From Leidyana gryllorum EB-2025a (lineage: Eukaryota > Protista > Apicomplexa), in contig JBLWGC010000021.1 of NCBI GenBank assembly GCA_048772705.1, forward strand, positions 1 through 64,000: 64,000 nucleotides of DNA. Reading direction: 5' to 3'. The position numbers were made by a program, and so were the translations under genes. The notes below the pieces were generated by a model that searched no databases, was not told the DNA's origin, and saw only the letters and a list, made by a program, of their open reading frames with translations. This document shows, in pieces, positions 11,475 to 22,723 of the stretch (positions within the stretch are counted from its first letter, which is position 1; the number at the start of each line of letters is the position of its first letter).

Positions 11475-12234
11475 CTACATCCTGTGTCCAAAGCCCGGGT
11501 TGCCTTGTGGGGGACCGGCAGCAGGCCAGCCTGGCTGCTGGTAACCTGGTTGCTGGTAACCTGGTTGCTGGTAACCTGGTTGCTGGTAACCTGGTTGCTG
11601 GTAACCTGGTTGCTGGCCATAGCCTGGCTGAGGGGCTGGCGGGGGGCAGGCTCCACCGAATCCTGGCTGAGGAGCCGGAGGCTGATAGCAACCCGGACCC
11701 TGGTTGCCGGGGTTGTGGTGGCCTCCCGGGTTCTTGCGCGGTGTGCTGAGAGTGATCGATATGGTCACCTTTTCCTTGATACCTTGTCCGTCCAACTGGG
11801 CCGAGTGTCAAGTGAGTGTGTTTGGCAGGTTTCTTACGTTCAAATCGGTACGCACCGCGTTTTGACCTCTCAAAATGTCGTTTACGTTAAAGAATCCTTT
11901 AGCGAAACATTTGTCTTTGCTGTGATCGCGTGATAGCGTCAGATAGATCACTTCCATGAGTGGACTCACGAGTAGACATCGATGGCCAGAGAACTCGTTT
12001 CGTCCCAGGGGAAGGTTCTGGTCTCCTCGAAGACTCCGTATTGGCCAGGTTTCTCCAGAGTCTTAGTCTCCCACTTATCTTTCATCATGAACACCACCAC
12101 GCGGGGGTTCTGCACAGGCAGTATTGCAGATGATCGATCGATCGAGGTTCACTTACCGTCGAGTTGAAGGTGCCCACCTTGCTGGGCAAGTTGTTCACTT
12201 GGTGAATGGTTACAGTCAGAGAAGTTGCCGCCAT
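11475..12234 (-). CDS. C2-domain protein, copy 4, with Q/P/G/Y-rich repeat tail
   Basis: MAATSLTVTIHQVNNLPSKVGTFNST..MMKDKWETKTLEKPG..DGQGIKEKVTISITL, followed by (QQPGY)n. Confidence 0.85.
11531..11616. repeat. 15-bp coding tandem repeat (ctggttgctggtaac), 5 full units plus 1 partial
   Basis: Seen directly; encodes QQPGY repeats on the minus strand. Confidence 0.95.
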
Positions 12235-12428
12235 AGTCACAGAAAAAGCCAAATTATATGAAACTTCAAGTACGAAAGAGAAGGAGGCGATCCACTCTCG
12301 CACACAACGTCTCAGATACCCAAGCTTCAGACCGTCACTCTCCAGAACCACATGCTGAGACGCCACAATCGACACACGGTGCCGCCACGGCGTGCGTCCA
12401 ACCTGATCAAAAACAGACTTTACAAAAT

Positions 12429-14775
12429 ATGCCCAAGCCTGAAGAACGCATCGGTGGTCGTGCCTTGACTGGTAGAAGCTCATTCAGTGATGGCAGCAGT
12501 CGACCCCTTCTACTTCCATTGGATTTCCCCATCAGTCAAGACCCACCCGGCAGCCCCCCTACCACTACAGTGTCGCAAATGACTCTGGCCCATACATCAC
12601 ACCCTCTGCATCAGGAGGGCGGAGTTGGGGGCGCCTCTGCAACCGACTGGCAAGTCGTACTCTACCAAAATCGCAATATTGTTGTGTGGGATAATGCCAA
12701 TGCTCAAATTCAAATACGAAAGCTATCGCCCAAAGAAGTCTCAGTATTGAGAACTCAGTGAGAATTACACTCCGTGCCCGCAATTATCACACAATATATG
12801 ACATCAGGAGTCGATTCGCTAATTGTCCTATGTGTGGACAAAATGTCAACCTCGATCAATTCTCATTCGAGGCAGCCACTTATTTCAAAGTATTGGAGGT
12901 AAATTGCCCCCATTACCTCGTCATTGTCGTCTCAGGAAGCTGCGCGCGTATTCCACCAAAGACACAATGAGTTCGTCAAACGGCCGCGATCTTCCAGCGG
13001 GGCCTGCTGGGCTGCTCCCAACACGCCCGGACCAATGGTTGAAGTTAACGAGCTGCGCAGGAGTCGTCGGGCCTCAGAGCGCCACAGATCCGAAGAAGAA
13101 CCAACCAGCCCAGTTGGAAACCCCTATTTCTCAGAAGCGCGGACGTCTAGCGACATGATGGACAGTGATATCATGGATCTCAAAGTATGTCATCTCTTCT
13201 TCCGAAACGTCATGGCAAGTCTTCTTGTAATTCAAGGACATCCCCCCTCAACTTCTAGTCAATCAATATTATGACAAGTTCTTTATCCAAGACCGTAAAC
13301 TAGGTCGGTTCGGGTCTCTGGTCCAGCTATTGACACAAGCGCTGTCGACTTGTAGGGAGTGGAGCTTACGGACAAGTATATCTATGTCGACACAAACTGG
13401 ATGACTTGATCTTGGTATGCACACGACACGACAACCCCACGTTCACTGCTGCAACCTGGCCACAGGGACAATATGCTGTCAAGAAGATCCCTGTTGGGGA
13501 CAACAAACAGTGGTTAACCCGAGTAAGTGCTTCACGACTCAATCGCACGCGTGTGCGTGGCCGTGTCTCGCTCCCTTGGCGCACTGACGGGTCATATGGA
13601 TCAACAGATGCTCAAAGAGGTCAAAGTTCGTGAGCATCTCCATCATCAAAATATAGTTTCGTATAAACACAGTTGGCTGGAGGTAGGGTGGAGATGGGAA
13701 GCATTGAAGGATTGTGGTGTATTAACATTGCTCTCAGATGGCTAGTGCGAATCCCATGTGCCCCAGAGTGCCTTGGCTATTTGTGCTAATGGAGTACTGT
13801 GATGGAGGCGATCTAGAAGATTTGGTTCAAGGTGTGTACGCCAAGGGACAACATTTATCTGAAAGTGAAATCTGGTGGGCACTCATTCAGTCGTTGTGTT
13901 GCACACGGGGTGGCAGGAGTATATTCATTGACATTGTAGAGGGTCTGCAACATTTACATCATGCTGGAATCTTGCATCGCGATCTGTGAGTCGAGATTGC
14001 CAGTCGCAACGAACGTGTAATGGTTTGAACCTTATAGGAAACCTCAGAATATATTGCTTCGTTGCGACACGGAGACTTTAGGGGTGCGACGTAATGTAAA
14101 ACTTGCTCGCGCGGTTCTCTCAGACTTTGGAACATGCGAAGCTCTGGCCGAGACCCCTATTCGATCCGGATTCGGGTTTACTGGCACAGTGGAGTATACT
14201 GCACCGGAATTGTTGGTTTCGGATGAGGCGGTGAGGGATGGATGAGATTGGCGCTGCGATCTGCGGTACTAGGGGAAGTTTCTGGCAGATTACGACTTCA
14301 AATCGGACATGTGGTCCACAGGGCTATTACTGCACTACCTGGCATATGGATGTCTGCCGTTTGACACGAATGACGATCCAGCCGTGATGCGGGGTACTTT
14401 GATGACGTTTGCCAAGCAGCTGGCTCACGAGCCTTTGAGCCCGAGTAGACTACCTTTACACACAGCGGGACTGCATCGGTGGGTGCGACACACACGTGTG
14501 TGGCCCATTTGCGTTTGTAGGTCACTGGATCTGCGGCAGTGCATAGTTGCATTGTTATCGCCGGTGAGTTCTGGAACGCTGTCGGTGTATGTCGTGGCGG
14601 GTAGGTTGCCGAGTGGCGGCCATCATGTGATGAGCTATTGAGGACCCCATTGGTGCGGCGGCTCAAGGAAGACCTTTCCTATTTCATGGGTACAGTTGCA
14701 TCTGAGAGAGCTGCACATATATGGATGTTCATGGCAGAGCCAAGGATGTCATTGGCGGCACGGCTGCGATCATGA
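12429..14775 (+). CDS. Ser/Thr protein kinase, IKS1-like (multi-exon)
   Basis: N-terminal WQVVLY..IVVW, CPMCG and YFKVLE pattern, then split kinase motifs: GSGAYGQV, YAVKKIPVGDNKQWL, HHQNIVSYKHSWLE, MEYCDGGDL, ILHRDLKPQN, SDFG, GTVEYTAPE, SDMWSTG. Confidence 0.85.
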
Positions 14776-15053
14776 TTTTCGTGTGGGAGGTGAGGGGGGT
14801 TTCTTGACGACTCGTTTCGGCGACTTGGCTTCTGGGGACCTGGGTCGGGTCGCGCGGGGTTGGCGTACGACGACTACCTCGTCCTTGGACACGACGACTC
14901 TGTTGTTGTTGCCGACAGGAGTGGTCTGCTCCCACCAGCGGGGTTGGTCTCGATATACTGGTTCTTCCTGGGTGACGATGATAGGGTGTGGACTGTCTCC
15001 CTCACCTTGCAGAAGCCGCAGAGTCGAAATAGGGCAAAGGGATCAGCTGCCAT
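14770..15053 (-). CDS. Small hypothetical protein, 81 aa, 2 exons (absent from the ORF track)
   Basis: ATG at 15053; 38-nt GT-AG intron at 14968-15005; translation MAADPFALFRLCGFCK|EEPVYRDQPRWWEQTTPVGNNNRVVVSKDEVVVVRQPRATRPRSPEAKSPKRVVKKPPSPPTRKS-stop. Confidence 0.55.
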
Positions 15054-15068
15054 GGCAGTCCCGAAAAA

Positions 15069-18000
15069 ATGAATTCAGTGTGTAAGAAAGGTGCATTACA
15101 AATGCTCCCGGATCCGTGGGCTCGCAGACTCGAGGCGGCGGAACTTGACCTCACGACGGGGCAGCTTCGTCCCGTGACCGATGATGGTGACGCGGCGATG
15201 GCTGAGGCGGCGCCGAACGAGGAGTTCCAGCCGAGTACAGCGTTGGTGGTTCGACACAAGAAGAATCAAGGGATGGCTGCGTGCGCCATTCTAGTGATGA
15301 CTGGTGCATTCGATACGCCAAGAGATTGCCAAGGGTTGCCGCATCTCCTGGAGCACATGTTACTCACCGGGAGTGTGAAGCATCCAGGACTGACGGCTTT
15401 CAACGACTTTTGTAGCTTACATGGGGGTCGGGTGAATGCTGAGACCACAGATAGCCGTCAGTGCTTCTACTTCCAGATTCGTTCGGAACATTTCGAAGAA
15501 GGATTGGAGCGGTTCGTTGACAGTTTGTTAGACCCTCTGTGGCTACAGGATAAGGACTACGGCTTGGATGTGCTGGAGCGAGAGATTACGGCAGTTCAGA
15601 ACGAGTTTGAAGGAACTCTGAACGACACGGAGCCCCGCCTCCACCGCATCCAGAGTATCTTTGCCCACAAAAACCACCCATGGTCAAACGTCTTCTCAGC
15701 CGGCAGTCGCAAAAGCTTCTTGGAGGTACCAGTTAGCAGAAGTTTATCAGACGTCTTAATACTTTTGGAACACCACTATCGCACCTGCTTCCAAACCCGG
15801 CCGTATTACATAGCTGTTGCCGACAATCGGGATCTGGAATCCTTAGCCGCCATTGTGAAGAACAAGTTTAGCAAATGGCCACCGCAAGAGAGACGACAAC
15901 TGCGCTTTAACGCCTCGTATCCACCTGCATATGATCGAAGCACTTGTGGGTATCTCATAGACCTTCAGGCCTTACCAGATGAAGGCAACAGACTCGATCT
16001 ACGCTTCGTCGTCGAAGATCATCGCGAAAATTACCTTGACAGAGCGCTCTCAGTCCTCGTGGCCCTCATCAATGATGAGTACCACGGCTCTATCCGAAAT
16101 GTTCTCGTCGAAGCGAACTTTATTCGCTCTCTCAACGCCTGCCTCGGCTACCAGCTACCGGGACAATGCTTCCTCGACATAGAAATGTACCTCTCGGCCC
16201 AAGGGTGCACCATCGAGGGCGTCCACCGCATCATAAATGCCATCATAAGCTGGGCCCAAGTCCTTTCCACCAACAGGGACATCATTGAACGCAAATGCAT
16301 GGAATATTTCCGAAGCTTCAAACGAAAGTAAGTGACAGTCAATCGCCACTACATTACAATCCGCATAGCAATGTTCTCACTCCCCCCGAGCCTCCTCTCA
16401 CTCTCTGCATAGAACTATCCCGCATCATGTCCTTTATACCAGCGAGCATAGCTGTCGCGTCTAACACAATGAGCCGCCCCCCACGCCCAGATTTTATCAT
16501 CAATATGCTGGCCAATGAAATCAACTTTGACCACTTGCTGGCTTTCCGCAGCTCTCATAAACCCTTCATTGACACCAAGTACGACCCGTACTTTGACTGC
16601 CATTTCAAAGTCACCAAGTTTGACTCACGATCCAATCTCACACTCTTCCGCCAAGTCGCCTGGACCCAGCTAGGAATGCAGTTCCCTCCCGTAGTTGAAA
16701 CCCCTGACCCTTCTGACGTCTACCAGCCAGTTGATCGGAAGGATAGTTATTTTGACAGATTCGGCAACCCGGTCGTTCTTGACCTGCCGGACCTTCCAGG
16801 TGCTCTCGAGACTGTTCTGCACCGAGATAGCTCATTGACTGTCCAATATACACTTGCCACGGTGAGTTCAGTCATGCAATGGCTCAGGGCGCACACGTGT
16901 GTCAACCTCCTTTGTAGGTCCGTATATACATTCGGGCGTATGCTTTCAATGATCGGGACTTGACGACTTACTTCCGGAGCGGATCGGGAGTTTCACGTAG
17001 GAGGGGCCCGACTTTGCAGCAATGCGGTGTAGCAACTCGATGTGTGATTGCGTCAATCTTGGTTATGGCCGTGAACAATAGGATTGGGAATGCGCCTCCT
17101 CAGTTCCATGTCTGGACGAAACGAATGGCCATGCGTATGACTTCAATAGGTGGTGATGGAGAGGTGAGTTGTCTTTGATCCTTATCAGTGAGTTATGCGG
17201 CTGGTTATCTCAGATTGCGCTAGAGTTGACACTAGAAGGGGCAGACGCTTTGGTGAAGACAGGATTGAAATCTATGTTCAAGTCGCTGTTCGCCGGCGAC
17301 TTGGAGGAAAGGGAGATTGCGATGGCCATACATGAACTACGATCTAGATCGTACAACAAAGCGGAGGACGATTACGCTCCGAAAGAGAAGGGATTTATCA
17401 TGTTGAATCAGCTTATGGTCCCGAATGTGCTAACGCCGCAACAGGTGGTGTCAGTTCTGGACTCGTTGTCAGCCGCCGACATTTTGCAACTGCTACCTCA
17501 ACGGTCACAGCAGGCGTCCAACTTTGCCGAGCTGTTTCGAGATGCTAGGGTATGTGTGGTGCTTGGGACGGCTGGAACGTCTGTGCAACGCACTGTGGCT
17601 GAGTACATTCAGGACATCTTTGTTGACACTTTGAAAGAGCGTGGAGTGACTTTGGGTGTGGGCGAAAGTGTGCCGGATTTGATCACCACCAAGGCTCGCG
17701 TGATGGACGTTAATGCTGCATGGAGGAGCATTCGAGCGTATCTTCTACCCCAGAAGGTGGATAAAAGGAGAGGCAAAAGGTCTCCGGGATCTTCACCCCC
17801 CCGACCGACTGAGAAAGGGGGCCGAGGGAAGTCTCGAGGTGGTGTCGGCGGATGGTTCGGCAGGGGCATGGGACGGGGAAGAGGGGGACGCGGGCGAGGG
17901 GGAAGAGGGCGAGGAATTGAGCATTACCGCAGTTCTAGTGGCCTGGGGATGAATCCCGAGGACCCTACCGCCTTTGTCAAGCGGGAGCTGAAATTACTGT

Positions 18001-18911
18001 GCAGTTCATCCGAGGCGGCGACAAGTGATCGGGCGGCATTCCTGATGGTCCGTGATAGTTGGGCGGCTCCGAATCACCACTTCAACATGTCCATCCCCTG
18101 TGGAGACGTTACCAATCACAAGTTGTGTGCGATATCATTTGTTCTCGCATACCACTTGGATACCACTTGGCACAATCACGTCAGAGGAGCCCATGGGTTA
18201 TCTTATCATTGTTCGGCCAACATGCGCTATGTAACTGACTGTTTGGTTCTGTCATACCACTGTCAGACAAACGAGGACCCCGTGCACGTTTTGGACGTCC
18301 TATCGGACTGGTTGATGCCATATTTGGAGATGACCGAAGAGGAGTTTGAGGAACGCAAGAAGACTCAGATGGCACGCTTCACAGATTTAGGGAACAATAT
18401 GCAGGAGAAGCATTACAAAGTTAGAATGGAAGTATTCCTGCGACGTTTTGCATTTGGGGGGGCCAATGTGAATCCGATGGTGCAGGCCATCCAATCCCTG
18501 ACACTGGACGACGTCCGCAAGTTTTACCACGAACGATTCTACCAGTCACCTTGGATCATTTCGGTGGTCAGATCCATTGACTCCCTCCCACCTGGCCATC
18601 CCGCTCGTCGCAAACCCCAGTTCTCGTCGGGAGGGTTTGAACCTCCACCCCGTGACTTCTGCAGTGTGACCCTCGGAAAGATGGCTCGCCACAGCAGGGT
18701 GGCTTGGGTTCTTCTCAAGGAGCCACGATCTCTACACAAGTTCCTCCTCAACTACCAGGAACCAGCACAGACTTATAGACAGGCCACCTTCGCTATGGGG
18801 CTGAGTATGGGGGAACCGATAGAGGAGGGGGAGGGTCCACCAAACTCGGCGGTTTCCAGGACGGAGTCTGCAAGTGAGGCTGCTGCCGTTCCTTCCCCGA
18901 CCAGTAGTTGA
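15069..18911 (+). CDS. Insulinase-like M16 metallopeptidase (multi-exon)
   Basis: HxxEH motif GLPHLLEHMLLTGSVKHPG, GGRVNAET, downstream EREITAVQNEF, C-terminal M16 features (VRGAHGLSY). The start could be 15069 or 15102. Confidence 0.88.
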
Positions 18912-19022
18912 GTTCCGACCACTTCGGGACATTTCTGCCCCAAAGGCAGCACACTGATGTCCCAAGAATGTCTCACTCACGGACAGCAGAATTCGTACGC
19001 CCAGTATAAACCGCCGCTGTCC

Positions 19023-19919
19023 ATGTCCTCTCAAGACAAGATGACAAACACTGAGAATCCCGCTGGAACACTGCGATTGGTGTACCCCCAATGGCAGGGA
19101 GGGCTTATCTGCAATTACGTTGCTGAGCTGCCGCCTGACGACGCCTCTCGAGGGTACTTCTTGGGCTCGAAGCTTCTGAACTTTTTGGCACCACCCGCTC
19201 GAGGTCCCACTGCAGAGGTGCCCGTATCTCTGGACATTTCGGACCGCACAAGAGTCAATGGGGTTTGCTCTCATCGGGCCATTGCTTTGCAGAACAAAGC
19301 CGCATTGGAGGTGATCAGAGTGCATTCGCCCGAGCGAATTGTCACTCTGGGTGGAGAGTGCTCTGTGAGTGTGGTGCCATTCACATATCTGGCCTCACGT
19401 TACGGAGACGACCTGGCTATCGTCTGGATTGATGCTCATCCAGACATCACGTTGCCAGGCGATGCATACGAAGGATGGCACGCCATGGCCCTCACGGCCT
19501 GCATGGGGAAAGGCGACAAGGAATTGGTGGACGCTCTCCCTGCCAAGGTGGACCCATCAAAAGCATTGTTAGTGGGAGTCCGACACTGGGAAGAGGGCGA
19601 GGAGAAGAGGCTGGGGGAACTTGGGATTCAAAATCTGCCTCCGGCCCAAATTCGTGAGCATAAAGCATTAGTTACAGAATGGCTGAAGAAGACTGGTGCC
19701 TCGAAAGTGGCCGTCCACATCGATTTGGACGTCCTGGATCCTGAGGAGGTCATCGCTGGAGCGGGATGTCCCAAAGACGGGTTGAAGATTGCTGAAGTCG
19801 TTGGTGTGGTTCAGGAAATAGCCCACGGCTTCGACCTAGTGGGGCTCACTATTGCGGAGCCAATGCCCAGATGGGCCATCCACATACGCAATATGATGCA
19901 ACAATTGCCTTTGATTTGA
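19023..19919 (+). CDS. Arginase/ureohydrolase family protein, bacterial-type
   Basis: Intronless; LRLVYPQWQGG, TLGGECSVS, WIDAHPD, HIDLDVLDP, VGLTIAE. Alternative in-frame ATGs at 18957 and 19041. Confidence 0.9.
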   Translation: MSSQDKMTNTENPAGTLRLVYPQWQGGLICNYVAELPPDDASRGYFLGSKLLNFLAPPARGPTAEVPVSLDISDRTRVNGVCSHRAIALQNKAALEVIRVHSPERIVTLGGECSVSVVPFTYLASRYGDDLAIVWIDAHPDITLPGDAYEGWHAMALTACMGKGDKELVDALPAKVDPSKALLVGVRHWEEGEEKRLGELGIQNLPPAQIREHKALVTEWLKKTGASKVAVHIDLDVLDPEEVIAGAGCPKDGLKIAEVVGVVQEIAHGFDLVGLTIAEPMPRWAIHIRNMMQQLPLI

Positions 19920-20043
19920 TCAATCGATCTCAAACATTTTTTTGTTTGTCGCTTCACACGTAGTCGAACACAAAAGATCGTCATTGATTGCCGAGTCTAT
20001 TTACCCGGAGAAATTGGTGTTAGGCTATTGAATCTATGGCCGC

Positions 20044-20844
20044 TCAACGGCTGAATAGCAAGAACAGTAATATTAAGCCTCCAAGTCCATAGTTTTTGGC
20101 GGCCGAAGCTCTCCAACTTCGTGGTGGGAACGGGACCCAACTCCCCACTTCAACCGCCGCGCCCTCACCTGGCAGCCTCACCCAGTCGAGGCCACAGAAT
20201 TTGGACCTTAATGCCAGTGCAAATGGAGCCCGTAAGCCAACTATCAAACTCTTAGTCAATTTCTGACTGACTTTCACTTCCACACTGCTCGCTAATTGGG
20301 GAGCAATCTCCACCTGGACATCCTGCCAATCCGCACTCGGCAAGGCGTATTTGGGATGGACGGCACAGCTTCTTGTATGAGCGCTATCAGACGATTCATA
20401 ACTGCTGGGCAAAGCAATCGTAGCCACTTTGGGCTTGTCTGCGTCGCTCGCGTCAGAATTAGAGGTGCAGTTATCGGGAATTGCGGTACGATTGAAAAAC
20501 CACAGTGATACAGACGCGGTCTCGTTCAGCCGCAAAGCATCGTGATCGGCCTTCTCAATCAGTATCCAACTATAGTCACCAACATTGCACAGATCCATAT
20601 GTCGAGTAATCAATCCAAAGAAACCATATTGACAATGAATTAGTCCCGCTTTTGTCAAGCATTCGTTCACTTGTTCTGGAGTTCCACTACACGGAACACA
20701 GTGCTTCTGGCAATTTTTGCCCTCCAGGGTCTCGTGCTCAACATTCTCACAGTCTATGGTCACGAATCGCCACACAGCATCGGGCACCAGCTGCTGCCCA
20801 AAGGCCGCGCCCATCAGCAACGAACAGACTGTAGGGAGCCACAT
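20044..20844 (-). CDS. Cys-rich secreted/surface protein, possibly GPI-anchored
   Basis: Signal-like MWLPTVCSLLMGAAFG, Cys-rich N-terminal domain, hydrophobic C-terminus GLGGLILLFLLFSR. Confidence 0.65.
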   Translation of the reverse strand: MWLPTVCSLLMGAAFGQQLVPDAVWRFVTIDCENVEHETLEGKNCQKHCVPCSGTPEQVNECLTKAGLIHCQYGFFGLITRHMDLCNVGDYSWILIEKADHDALRLNETASVSLWFFNRTAIPDNCTSNSDASDADKPKVATIALPSSYESSDSAHTRSCAVHPKYALPSADWQDVQVEIAPQLASSVEVKVSQKLTKSLIVGLRAPFALALRSKFCGLDWVRLPGEGAAVEVGSWVPFPPRSWRASAAKNYGLGGLILLFLLFSR

Positions 20845-21118
20845 TAGACGAATTTGATACCAATGATAACAGAGGTCCAAAAATACTGGCCTACTGGGTG
20901 ACCCTCCTCACTCAGCTGAACTCTGGGTCACACTTTATCCTGAAGGGCTGTCGCCAGGCACAATGTCCGCAACTCTATTTGAGCCCACAACTGCTGCTAG
21001 ACGTATTAAGTACCGTGATATTGCACCGGCACGTACACACGTGTGTGGCAGGTCAGAATGACCTCAAATCTTCATGACCGAAGACAAGTGACCCTTCAAA
21101 CAAATAGGATGTGAGAAG

Positions 21119-21826
21119 ATGAAAATATTATTCTTGTTAGGCGTCTGGTTAGAAGGTCACGTTTGGAGTTTCAATTTGACACCTCTGGTCAGACCGACAT
21201 TTGAGGAAGTTCGTGTGGTGTGCTTACAGGAGCCTGAAGCATTGCCTTCTACGGGGCTACCACCAATTGAATTGTCCGGTTGCACTACGTACTGTCAACG
21301 TCTGTGTGGCGGCGTGCGGACGTCCTTAGAACTCAAGTGGTGTCTGGACGAGTATCAGAAGACTGGGTGTAGCGATGCTACCTTGGCGGTCGCTCGGCTA
21401 AAGTCCCACCCAGTGGCAGTCTGCACTTCTGATCTGGAAGATGTCGTTGCTGTGACCATAGAAAGAACACCCGAGCTCCTACGGGACTTGAAAAGCGCAC
21501 TGCGGCTGTACCTTTCGGTTGTGACCCTCCCACCAGGGAATATTGAGGCTGAAGTGGAGCAACAAGTCGTGGATCTGACATTGGTGTCAGATTCACGGGT
21601 CTTGTGGGATGATCAGTGCCGTCTTGGAGGTGATGACGATCGGATGGGTGAGTCGGTCACCTCAACACAGTTTCGGATCTCCCCCTGGCTGCTGGCGATT
21701 GAAATACCCTTAGAAATGGTTAACGCTCATTTGACTGGTCTACGCTGGAGACAGGCAGAACCTTCCCGTTTAGTGTATGAGGGAGTAGATGTCGGTGTGG
21801 GTTGTCTTGAGGTATTGGGGTTTTGA
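21119..21826 (+). CDS. Cys-rich secreted protein (may splice onward to about 22250-22410)
   Basis: Signal-like MKILFLLGVWLEGHVWS; Cys spacing similar to the 20044-20844 protein; an in-phase GT at 21812 and AG at 21850/21856 suggest further exons. Confidence 0.6.
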   Translation: MKILFLLGVWLEGHVWSFNLTPLVRPTFEEVRVVCLQEPEALPSTGLPPIELSGCTTYCQRLCGGVRTSLELKWCLDEYQKTGCSDATLAVARLKSHPVAVCTSDLEDVVAVTIERTPELLRDLKSALRLYLSVVTLPPGNIEAEVEQQVVDLTLVSDSRVLWDDQCRLGGDDDRMGESVTSTQFRISPWLLAIEIPLEMVNAHLTGLRWRQAEPSRLVYEGVDVGVGCLEVLGF

Positions 21827-22723
21827 AGGGAAAAAAAAGGAGGCGCTTAGTCCCAGTCGCTGAAGAAGGACTGGGTGTTGGTGCTCAACACCAGGAAGAT
21901 ACAGGCGTCGGCATCTCCCACCCCGCGCTCCTTACCGCAGGTGACTAGCCAAGTGGGTAATAATTTGTGCATTTTTACGTGTGGTGATTCAGCAGCAGCA
22001 GCAGCAGGGAAACCGAGCTGCAGACTCGACGGTGCGGCAAGTGCGAACGCCTTCGCCCCCAGGCGACTTAACTCGAAAGAGCTCAAGGGCCCTTATCAAA
22101 GGAGCCGTACTCTCGACGCTGGCTTTTTGGCGGTCCCCTTCAAAGGCGCAATCGAAGGAAGCTACTGCCCCGGTAATCCTACCATTAACGGCAGCCAATC
22201 TAGACAGTACAAGTGCTCTGCTTGCTGAAAAGGCGGAAGCAGCAAGGAAGTAAGCTTCTTCCCACTATCATTTCCCGAAACCCTAAGATATGCATTTCAC
22301 GTTATGTGTTGTCGGCAGCGAGGCAGCCGTCATCCTAGCAGAGGCTGGAGCATGAGCAAGGCTCCGTGCTGGTGTGTATCCTATGTGCATTGCGTGGTGG
22401 CGGCTGATTGAATCTGTGGTATGACACACACGTGTGTGCGGCGGGTGGTGTGGCTGGAGTTGTCGATTCGTACACTTGTGAGATATTTATCGATCCAACG
22501 AGTGCTTGAATGTTGACTGAGTGATTTAATGATCGGTGGTGGTCAGCTGACGCTACTGTGGGCTGAATGGTAGTCGTCCGGTTTTGCGTTGATGTATGGA
22601 TCCCAATGCCTTGATGTTTCACAGCCCAAATGGCTCCGATCTATATGCGTAATGTTTGCTAATGTGTTCAGGTCTCGACTTGGACGTTTTTGTTCCATCG
22701 GGTCAGGCGTTGAGAAATCGAGG

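Noticed and set aside
11385-11933. Plus-strand ORF with (WLLVT)n that looks like a membrane protein
   Set aside because: Antisense shadow of the QQPGY repeat in C2 copy 4.
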